Shown piece by piece: positions 26,335-36,599 of a stretch of DNA of 64,000 bases. Location of the stretch: NCBI GenBank assembly GCA_010909165.1, contig MU008193.1, positions 543,127-607,126 of the forward strand, in the 5' to 3' direction. Positions within the stretch are counted from its first letter, which is position 1. The number at the start of each line of letters is the position of its first letter. Under the pieces are notes generated by a model, which worked only from the letters and a program-made list of their open reading frames with translations, was not told where the DNA came from and made no database searches. Made by a program: the position numbers and the translations under genes. This stretch comes from Anthoceros angustus. Lineage: Eukaryota; Plantae; Anthocerotophyta.

Positions 26335-28533
26335 AACACGATAATTTTTGAAGGGGGTGAATAATCTCGAAGGGGGTTTTCCGCAAATAATCTCTGAAGG
26401 GGGTTTTTTGATGGGCCCTAAAATTTTGAAGGCATTGCGGAAAACAAAAAAAGGGTGTCACCCAAGAAAGTTACTACTTTCCATCCAAAGAATGTTTGTG
26501 TCGAATGGTGGTCGCAAACTCGAACCTAGGGAATGATGCAAAGTAGGAACGGTGAGGAAGGCCGCTCTCGCCGGGACGATCAGAACTCGCTTTGATGGAA
26601 ATGTGGTTTTGTTATGACACCACAAAAGCCACTGTGGTATTTCCTAACACGTAAACATCAAGAATGACTTACAACATTAACTCGGGACCCCGGAAAACGA
26701 GATTTCGCCACTCATCCCCGTAGTTCAATCCATCACATCACTTGGTCCAAATTCTCCTACATTGTCATCACTATCTTCGCCGACACTTTCACCGCAGTTG
26801 TATGAAGCCACGCAACTCGCAGAGCTTATCCCTTATCGCTTTTTGTCCACCGTGACACATTTCCATATGCTCAACACAAACCCATAATATGTGATGACTG
26901 CTTTCATCTACAAATACCTCCTGTATGTTTTTAGGTAATGGATCTTATTCCCTTTTTCCTAAGATTGGACCGATGGGTTACCACTGACTATGTGTTCCCC
27001 GCACATATCTCCTTCATACGCATCTATGTGCTCGGTCCGATACTAGTGGATAAGAAAGTGAGGTCGTGCGCTTAGCTTCACGTCAATGACCTCCCCAATC
27101 CGTAATGGCCCTATGCGTGTCCATATTGCACGGCACGCCGTAAACATCCCTCCTGGATTTCGCTATGTCCCCATTCATCCGTGCCATTTCGCTTGCCTTC
27201 CCGCATTTTGATATGCCCCAAATACATATCACGCCGTGGAGGTCCTCAATAATGCCTCATCTAGCAAAGCTTCATCCGCACTTGAAGTGGTCAGTCAGAT
27301 GATCCACTTCGCACGTGAAAACCACTTCCCGACGTAGCACTAGCCCAATGTTATTCTCCACAATGATAGCAATCTCCTTCCGTCCACCCAAAGGCTTCCC
27401 ACCACTTATACTCTTCAACAAATACCTATGGACGCAAATCTTTAACCCTTCCCGCAAATGGGCCACACCTTCCATCGGTGATAGGATACACCGCTGCCCC
27501 TTCTTGTCCCCCTAGCTTCACTAGATGCAGAGGAGCAGAGGGCCACACCTGGCCTCCCCAACACGCCATGCCTGCCCATGGGCGCCGGCGCCTCCCCTAG
27601 CACACCGCCCATGGGCGCCGGCGCCTCCCCAACACGCCATGCCTGCCCATGGGCGCCGGCCGGCGCCTCCCCTAGCACACCGCCCATGGGCGCCGGCCGC
27701 CTCCTAGGTCGCCTTCTAGAAAATAAATATTTAGCGCCTCAAGAGTATTACAACCATGGACTGTTGGTTTAGTGTTTGGGAAATAAGTGTAGTAACGCAT
27801 AGGTTTCGTGTTCAAGACTCGTGCCTCCTCAATAATTCAATTTTGTTGATTTTAAGGATGCTTGCATGGGCGCATGGGCAACTAACTTTGTTCATTTTAA
27901 GGACGCTGGCATTGCCTTAAAGCCCAAGTGGTTGCATTGACTACCAGAAGGTTGAAGACCACGATTGCGACCTTTTGGATGAGGGTCAGCACCCTGAGTG
28001 GCGGCGACACCGCCGGACCGGGCCCAAGAATGATACTATTGAAGACGAGCAAGCAATGGAGGAGAACGACAACTTCGAGGCGGAGGATATGGACCGCCTC
28101 CGAATATGGCGGTGGTACTTGACTCCGCGCCAAGAAGGCATGGATGAGTCGCCAGCCGCACTCTTGAATGGCTATTGTCGATGACCACTTCCTCCTTCAG
28201 TTGTTTGTTGCAATGTTCTCACGACACCGAAATGAGACTCCGCTAGTATGTGATTGTTTTCATTGTGTTCCACCACTTGAAAGTAAAAGTTTTCTTGTAA
28301 TAAACATATGAAAATGGCAGCCCTCTATGCATTCTACTAAACGCAAATGGGCCACACCCCATCGCGTTCTAGCTTCTGTAGACTTGAAAGTGCATCTTTA
28401 TCAAAGGTATGACCTCGTAAAGGGTGTGTGCATTATCAAAGTAGGCACATATGTCGCTCTAGGTAAGGTGTTCTTCGTGACAAGGGGGTGTTCGGCCAAG
28501 GTCGTGATATCCCCCTTCAAAAATTATCGTGTT
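26335..28533. mobile_element. Internally deleted non-autonomous member of the same DNA transposon family, 2,199 bp
   Basis: TIR AACACGATAATTTTTGAAGGGGG at both ends; 4-bp TSD GAAG at 26331-26334 and 28534-28537; keeps the transposase 3' tail at left and the MTase 3' tail (LKAQVV) at right. Confidence 0.9.
27545..27700. repeat. GC-rich tandem repeat (about 30-bp units containing ATGGGCGCCGGC) in the deleted element
   Basis: Alternating gcctccccaacacgccatgcctgcccatgggcgccggc and gcctcccctagcacaccgcccatgggcgccggc units. Confidence 0.8.
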
Positions 28534-31500
28534 GAAGGTGCAGGAGCCGCTGGGGTCGGCCACCATCCTAAACCTTCCACCACACAGGCGTAAGGGAGCA
28601 GATGGCAAAGGGTCGGCAGCAGTTCGTGTCAAGAAGATGACATGGTGGATGCAGGGATGGTGGAGGTCGAAGAGGAGGGCGCCGGCCGACGCCTCCTCAC
28701 CCTTCAGCCCCGAAGGAGCCGCCTCAGTGGTGCTCAAGGGCAAGGGAAGTGCAGAAGACCTGTACTACGGGATGGAGAATTTGGAAGGAAAAGTAAAAGG
28801 CAAAGAAGGTGGAAGAGAAGATGCCATAGGAGGGGACATTACTACGCTCATATTCAAACCGACGAGGAAAGGTTGGAAGAGGCTATGAGGGATGCATCCA
28901 TTGACTGCTTAAGGGATTCTCGTGACATACCAAGAAGGTGGTGCAGAAACATAGTGAAGTTGGAGAACTTGAGACCCAAAAGACATATTACTCCGGACGC
29001 CGCAGATCGAGGGTTGATGAGGCTTGGGCAAACTATCTTGCCCGTGTTATAGCGAAGGGCTGATAGAAGAGGGAGTTCGCCTCTTGTGTATGATTGATCC
29101 GAGCGAGTGATGATCTCAAAGCAATGGATCGAAGCAATGGCGCAGCAAAGAAGTATGTCATGGGAGTTCTTGGTGGTAACCACACCCACGCAGCTATGAA
29201 GCACTTATCGATATCTCACCCGAAAGAAGCGTTCCAATATGTTGAAGCACATGTGTATTGTGGGCTTACTGCATGAGATGCGGTGCTTGCAATGTATCAC
29301 AATATGATGTCCGATCAAGAAAGAAGATGAACTTTATAGAGCAAGTCGTATTTAAGGGACGAGTTGATCATCGCAAAGAGGGAAGAAGTGCAAATGACCA
29401 TGTCCCGAAATACAACTGCATAAAGTCCTAGGTTTGATTGAAGACGATGAAGGGCGGGAGGACGACGTACAAGGTAACAAAGTGGACAATCGGACCCACA
29501 TTCGTGTATTGCTAAGGTGATGGGAAGGTGTGGGAGAATGTGGACAAGATTTTTTCCAAATGGGAAGTGGAGAGCTTCCAATGTAAGAAACACGCTTGGA
29601 CAAGCAAGAAAGGGAAAGGCAAGCTATGACCAAGCAAGTTGATAGTGTATACGCTGCCTAGAGACATGTTGGCCAAGCCTCGAAATCTTTTCGTGGAATA
29701 CCAGCTTGAGAGTGTGGCCAAGAATACCGATAAGCGCCACCGAGAAGGTGTTAATGATCGATAGATCAAGGGATGGAGGAAGAGATCACACTGGAAAAAT
29801 TTCATATCATACAAGTAGCAATGGTGAAGCATCTCGCTTCGTCATTTGAAGAGGTGCGCGAGGAGTATCCTTTACATTCTACGGACAATATGCTAGCACG
29901 ATTCCAAATTTCTCCGAAAGGTATGTCCGTTTTTTTTTCGTCATTGACAGCAGGGATCGATGCCGGCCCGGGCCGCGCCTGGCACCGCCCCGGTCCCCGC
30001 ATATGTTTCAATGAAGTGCTTACCGGTGCCCCTCACTTCCTTCATATGGGTTGAAGGTGCAGGTCAGTTTGCCGGCCATCCTAAACCCTTCCACCACAGG
30101 CGTAAGGGAGCAGATGGCAAAGGGGTCAGCGCAGTTCGTGCCCAAGAAGAGGACATGGTGGATGCAGGGGATGTGGGTATGGAGGCCGAAGAGGAGGGGC
30201 GCCGGCCGACGCCTCCTCACTTCAGCCCCGAATGTAGCCTCAAGTGGCGTGTGCTCAAGGGCAAGGGAAGTGCAGGAAGCAGCCGCACCCACAGCGGGGA
30301 TGGAGAATTTGGAAGGAAAAGTAAAAAGGCAAAGAAGGGTGGAAGAGAAGATGCCATAGGAGGGGACATTACTACAGTTCATATTCAAACTGACGAGGAA
30401 AGGTTGGAAGAGTGAGGGATGCATCCATTGACGCTTAAGGGATTCTCGCATACCAAGAAGGTGGTGCAGAAACGTTAGTGAAGTTGGAGAACTTGAGACC
30501 AAGACATATTACCCGGACGCCGCAGATCGGAGGGTTGATGAGGCTTGGGCAAACTATCTTGCCCGTGTTATAGCGAAGGCGATAGAAGAGGGAGTTCGCC
30601 TGTGTATGATTGATCCGAGCGAGTGATGATCTCGAACGGATCGAAGCAATGGCGAGCAAAGAAGTATGTCATGGGAGTTCTTGGTGGTAACCACACCCAC
30701 GCAGCTATGAAGCACTTATCGATATCTCACCCGAAAGAAGCGTTCCAATATGTTGAAGCACATGTGTATTGTGGGCTTATCAGGTATGAGATGGTGCTTG
30801 CAATGTATCACAATATGATGTCCGATCAAGAAAGAAGATGAACTTTATAGAGCAAGTCGTATTTAAGGGACGAGTTGATCATCGCAAAGAGGGAAGAAGT
30901 GCAAATGACCATGTCCCGAAATACAACTGCATAAAGTCCTAGGTTTGATTGAAGACGATGAAGGGCGGGACGACATGCACAAGGTAACAAAGTGGACAAT
31001 CGGACCCACATTTTGTGTATACAAGGTGATGGGAAGGTGTGGAGAATGTGATTTTTTCCAAATGGGAAGTGGAGAGCTCTGCACGTAAGAAACACCTGGG
31101 ACAAGCAAGAAAGGGAAAGGCAAGCTATGACCAAGCAAGTTGATAGTGTATACGCTGCCTAGAGACATGTTGGCCAAGCCCGGAAATCTTTTCGTGGAAT
31201 ACCAATTGGAGAGTGTGGGCAGCAAATACCGATAAGCGCCACTGAGAAGGTGTTAACCTGGATAGATCCAAGGGGATGGAGGATGAGATCACACTGAAAA
31301 ATTTCATATCATACAAGTAGCAATGGTGAAGCATCTACCGTCATTTGAAGAGGTGCGCGAGGAGTATCCTTTACATTCTACGGACAATATGCTAGCACGA
31401 TTCCAAATGTTCCTCGAAAGGTATGTCCGCAGTTTTTTTTTCGTTGAGTAGGACCGGGATCCGTGGCGCCGCCGGGCGCCCCGGCACCGCCGCCCTCAGA

Positions 31501-33161
31501 TGTTTCAATGAAGTGCTTCGCCGTCGGGTGCCGCCTCCGCTTCATCCAACGCGAAGGAGGGGCGGCCACGGCCTCTCGCCTTAACGACTAACGATCGTCC
31601 GCAGCAATTGAAAGACATCAAGTGTCGATAAAACTCCCATGACTTCCAAAGATTTTATTTTCGAGATAAACAATTGGAAAGGGCTTGAAGAGAGCAGACT
31701 TGACAAGGACCGGAGGAAGGTCTTGAGGTTTTCAAGGCCCATCAACGAGAGAGGTACCAAATCGAAAGTCGTGATGTGCAAGATATGCGTGGTTTTCTCA
31801 GGGCAAGGTAATACACACTCCTTATCATGGATGTGCCCCGTGGTCTTAACATTGGACCTATGGACAAGAGGGTGGATAAGCAAATGATGGATTCTATCCT
31901 CCAAAGCTTTGTTGAGAAGACCACTAGCGATGAACTGTGGATGATTGTGATGCATGGAGTGGAGGAGGCACATACAGTTAGAGAAGCAATGAGAAAATGG
32001 AGTAGGAAAGGGGGCTTGGTGTTGTTCGTATGGGACAAGACAAACATGAACAATGACAGGGGTGGATTTGAGACTGTGGAATACATAACTATCGATTGGG
32101 GTGTGAAGGATGGGAGCAACAAAGGACAGAATTGCAATGCTACCAAATGCTATGCAGGGAACTTTCAACAATGGAAGGTCCGTCATTGCTCATGACACAG
32201 TTGTCAAAAAACAGGTTTACATGTCACATGACAAGTTGGTGGTCTGCCCTTACTAGAGACCACTTGGGTTGATGATGAAACTCATTAAAACCTTCTCCAA
32301 AGAGGGAGATTGGGTTCTGGATGCATGCTCTGGGGGCGGCACAACTCTATTAGCAGCGTTACTTACAGGAAGGAATTGTATCGCCATCGAGGCTGACTTG
32401 AGATGTGCAGGTTATATTTCACAAAGAATTCATGGATTTGAGGTGCTCCATGAAGCTTGAGGAGTTGAATTTTGAAGCCCACCGAGAGGACTTGCATGCC
32501 CGGCAAAGGAGGTTTGCATTAGCGAAGGACTTGAAAGCACAAGTGGTTTCTTTGAGTGCCCGCCGAATAAGAGCAGATCGATAATTTGTTGGAGGCTGGC
32601 CAACAAACACTGAATAACGCTGGCGCCGGGGCGATGGTAATGAAGACATGATGGGAACGAGGACTCGAGGGCTTTGGTTGAAATCGACAATTTCGATGAG
32701 GAAGAACTTGAGCGGATACGAAACTTGGCTGTAGTTTATGATTCCGTGTCAGCGCAAGCACCGATTGAGTCACAAGTTAGCCTGCACGTAGACGTTTGTA
32801 GTGTGAACCGTCCGTGCTAGTGATAGTGGTCAATTTTTGGCGGAACCTAAATGTGGATGGTCTCCAACTTGCTTGAGACGCATTTACCCATACCTAATTT
32901 TTTGTGATTACTAGGCCTCTTGTCAGTGTGAAAATGGATCATCGTACAAAACGCACTACCTATGACCACTAAAGCGCGGCCGCCGCCTTTACCCTTTCTT
33001 CCGCTGCTTACAAACCGCGATTCACAGGAATCATTGTCCATGGTATGGGACACTGAAACCCGAAAAAACACGGTTTTTGGAACCATGTGTTATTAGTGAA
33101 GGAGGTTTCGTTCAACCAAAAGGGGGTTCGGATATTCACCCCCTTCACTGAATAGCATGTT

Positions 33162-33848
33162 AGACATGCTGTTGGTACATTGATATATTTAAGAAACTTT
33201 ACTAGACCAGACATATCTTTTGAAGTCAGTGCAGTCTCACAATTTTTGGAGAATCCTGGAAGACAACATTGGCAATGCGTCAAACGCATATTCAGGTATC
33301 TCAAAGGGACTATGCACACAAGACTGATGTATAAGCATACACCCGGCATATCCAAGTTAAACTTAAGAGCACATGCTGATGCTGATTATGCTGGAGACCC
33401 AGACAGCCGAAAATCTGTATCTGGCTACGTCTTACTACTTGGAGGAGCTCCCATCTCATGGTCAAGTAAGAAACAACCAACTATTGCTTTGTCAAGCACT
33501 GAGTCAGAGTATAGGGTTCTAACCCCAGTCTCCAAAGATATAGTCTGGAGTAGGTTAGCATTGAGCGAGCTTAACTATCCTCAAAATGAGCCCACACCTT
33601 TGTTCAGTGATAGTCAGGGAGCCATAGCCTTAGCTAGAAACCCTGTCTTCCACTCAAGAACTAAGCATATAGCAGTTGAGTATCATTACATTCGCGAAAT
33701 GCTAGAAAATAAGACCATATATATAAATTACATCCAAACTCAGGAAAATCCAGCCAATTTATTAACCAAGTCATTGGGCAGGGACTTACATCTCAAACAC
33801 ATGAAAAGTTTAGGAATACATGAGGTCAAGATTAACTTAGCTAGCTAG
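33162..33848 (+). pseudogene. Copia RT C-terminus and RNase H
   Basis: TRPDISFEVSAVSQF, ADADYAGDPDSRKSVSG, WSSKKQPTIALSSTESEY, DSQGAI...HSRTKHI. Confidence 0.95.
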
Positions 33849-34023
33849 TGGAACTAACGTAATACTACAATCTACAAAGTTGATCCAACATTTCAAGTTC
33901 TGCCTCTAGTTCTAAGTAGTCCTCACTGTACTCCTTGGCTTCCCGCTCCAATGCCCAAATAGATCCTATACATACAACGTAGTGGTCATGTTTGGAAATA
34001 ATATAAAATGCTTAAGTTACTAA

Positions 34024-34317
34024 CTAGATAGTTAACTTACTATAAAGGTGCTTGGTATGTCCTTCATACTCTTCACATGGGGAAGCACCTAGCCACATCA
34101 TTTTTATTCCCTTTTTGTGGCATATGTACTCAGTGGGAGCCTCATGATCTTTAGTACTCCCTGGGAATATAAGGTAGGTAGCTTTAAATAGATGCCCGGT
34201 TGGTAGATAGGAATCAGGTACTTTCTTTCCCGTACCTCGCTCTTCATGGGATGCACGTAGTGGGATAGCAAACCTCACATGGCTTGTGCCCACACACTTA
34301 TCCACATTTGCAATCAA
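34024..34317 (-). other. Antisense ORF (97 aa) in the copia 3' region, unknown
   Basis: Open frame in the ORF track between RH and the 3' LTR; no recognisable motif. Confidence 0.2.
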
Positions 34318-35222
34318 AATAGTTTTTCTATTATTTATAGGAGGCTAGCAGCTTACATATAGAGGGAACCATTTCCTATCTTCACTCACATCTTTTCTCA
34401 CTACACTCTGTTTTCTTGCCATTCATCTTCCTGGCCACCTCTGGTTGAGACCTATGAGATTCCTAATCTACAATGGACATCATCATTAGAAACCATGTTG
34501 CTTTGTTTCTATGCTTTCATAACCATGCACACAGGCTCACCAGAGACGAGCTTGTTGAGGGCGTTGGCTCTACAGGCGTTCTCAAAATCTCCATCAACAC
34601 ATGGCTGTGATCTCCAACTTGGACTACCCTCACAGACTGCTTGGCGAGAAGTTTCTCCGGTCTTCATCGAATCAGCGGTGGAGTCATTTTCATCACACTC
34701 AATGTTGAAGTCATTGTATCCAGGTGATTCTGTGGACACGGGGGCCTCCCACGGCTTCGAAGATGGGTGGATCCTGCGGAAGTTGGGCAAGACCGGCACA
34801 CCATTATCTTCACTCCGGCTCCTCGATGGCGTCGGCGATGGCTGTCTCCTATCCCTGGGATGAGGAGGTGACTCACCCCACTCATTCTCTTTCCATCGGC
34901 AAGGGACTCCATCATCCGACAGGTACAGGTCACCATTGGCGAGGTACTGCGGGAGACGAGCCCGAGGAGTATCGACACCGACGGCTACACCAGCACCTAA
35001 TAATGGTACATACCGGCATTAGGAGACACAATAAAAAAAATTGGTAATTATCAAATACCAAAAATAAGGTATTTTCAACTCACCAACAACGTCTTGAAGA
35101 GGAGGCTCAAGGTGCGAATCCAAGGCACTAGCAAATCCGGCACGTGCAGCCCGGATCTGCAAGTTGAAGTGCCTCAGATCGGCATCCAGGGGGAGCGCAC
35201 CACCATCCTCGCTCTTCGGGTT

Positions 35223-35522
35223 TCACCACCAGATTGGGCCAAGACGCATCAAGATCACCGCACCAATCTCCAAAGCAGGATCATCGAAATTCGTCTGTGC
35301 CGAGGGCGCCGCATCCAGTCGCGACGCGTTACGGCGCATGAGCGTCAGCTGCAGGTCGGCGTGTTCACGCCCGCTGCGCACTCGCTGCACATTGCGCGGC
35401 GCGACGCTGAGGCACGCAGCGCGCCACTGGCCGAGGGAGGAGGCGCCATAGCCGGGGAGGGGGTCGCGAAGGTAGGCGCGGAAGTATGCCCCTCCCCCGA
35501 CAACGATGGGTATGTGTCCCAT
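35223..35522 (-). pseudogene. Possible isopentenyltransferase (MiaA/IPT)-like gene fragment
   Basis: GHIPIVVGGGAYFRAYL resembles the IPT G(K/R)xPIxxGGTGLY motif and APRNVQRVRS resembles the (P)xDxxRxxR motif; GC-rich and flanked by A-tracts. Confidence 0.35.
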
Positions 35523-35598
35523 GGAGGCCCGCCATTAACGGCAGAGCTACCCCACCACCATTGCGCATAAAAAAAAATAGATGTTTATTTTTGCCCCT

Positions 35599-35808
35599 TT
35601 TAAGTAGTTATTTAATTAGTTGCTCTAGGTAGTTAGTTGTTATATTAGTTGCAACTACCTAGTGGTTACAACAACTTATGGGTGTAACCACTTAACCACT
35701 TAACCACTTAACCACCTAACCACCTAGCCTATAAAAAGGCTTGTACTCTTTACTCTTAATTCAATTGTATTGTAGCACTTTGTGCCTAAGAGCTATTGAT
35801 TCTCATCA
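35599..35808 (+). repeat. Copia 3' LTR, lacking the first about 74 bp and with no visible PPT
   Basis: Matches 4614-4798, has two extra TTAACCAC-type units, ends TCATCA followed by TSD CTATT. Confidence 0.9.
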
Positions 35809-36185
35809 CTATTGAGTCTTATTCACTCAGATGTGTGTAGACCTTTTAACTATTCTTCTTTTCGAGGTTTCTGGTATTTTGTTACTTTCGTGATGATTGT
35901 ACGTACGGAGTTGCACAGCCACGTATGCCCTAACTCAGGGACGACATCATAGGCCACAACCATTACATCTTGCTACTCCGTGTTATTTATCCATTATATC
36001 ATGTTTATATTCATTTATATTTGCTTGTGTTGATGTGAGTGTTGCGGTTGCTGCAGCCCTTCAGGCATGACATCCATACATGAGGTCATTATAACCCCAC
36101 AATTAAACAGCCTTTGGACTAATCAATGCTTCGATGGGGTGCCACCCATCCCCGAGTTTCATGGTCCTATAGGACCACCAGGCAC

Positions 36186-36500
36186 AAAAAAATCTTGCCC
36201 TTGTAAGAGCCATGTGGAGCTACTCCTGATCCAAAATCCTTGCCCTCGTAAGAGTCCTATGGGGCTACTCCAGATAAAAATTAGTTGCCCTTGCAAGAGC
36301 CCTGTGGAGCTACTCCTGATCCAAAAATCTTGCCCCTGTAAGAGTCCTATGGGACTCTTGCAAGAGCAAGTTGCAAGGTCCATTGGGGAGTACTCCTAAT
36401 AAAAAATCTTGCCGTTGTAAGAGCCATGTGGGGCTACTGCTGATAAAAAATCTTGCCCTTGTAAGACCCCTATGGGGGTAATCCTCATAAAAATCCTTGC
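36186..36500. repeat. About 45-bp degenerate tandem repeat, 6-7 copies
   Basis: aaaaatcttgcccttgtaagagccatgtggagctactcctgat units. Confidence 0.85.
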
Positions 36501-36599
36501 ACATGACTTCTATGTACACTTTGAAATATCTATTTAAAAATCTTCGAATGCGCCAAAAAATCATATGTACCTAGTTGAATAGCACACTCTAGGTACTAC

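Larger units (their letters stand above)
26030..32730 (+). pseudogene. Outer element ParB-like + beta-class amino-methyltransferase gene, split by a 2.2-kb insert and a 1.5-kb tandem duplication; ends approximate
   Basis: VLGGNHTHAAMKHL (29172 and about 30683), MDVPRG (31827-31844), FVWDKTN, RPLGLMMKLIKTFSKEGDWVLDACSGGGTTLLAALLTGRNCIAIEAD (motif I at 32320-32346). Confidence 0.82.
11109..33161. mobile_element. Large TIR DNA transposon (outer element), 22,053 bp including two nested inserts; about 9-10.6 kb without them
   Basis: Left end AACATGCTATTTAGTGAAGGGCGTGATTATTC versus reverse complement of right end AACATGCTATTCAGTGAAGGGGGTGAATATCC (28/32); 4-bp TSD AGAC at 11105-11108 and 33162-33165; removing it rejoins copia RT (EEMSAVP..RHAVGTLIYL). 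Confidence 0.93.
4540..35808 (+). mobile_element. Ty1/copia LTR retrotransposon, interrupted by nested DNA transposons
   Basis: 5' LTR starts TGATGA at 4540, both LTRs end TCATCA, 5-bp TSD CTATT (4535-4539 and 35809-35813), PBS-Met, gag-PR-INT-RT-RH order. Confidence 0.93.

Noticed and set aside
36186-36500. Regularly spaced repeats as a CRISPR-like array
   Set aside because: Units are contiguous degenerate tandem copies with no unique spacers, in a eukaryotic context.
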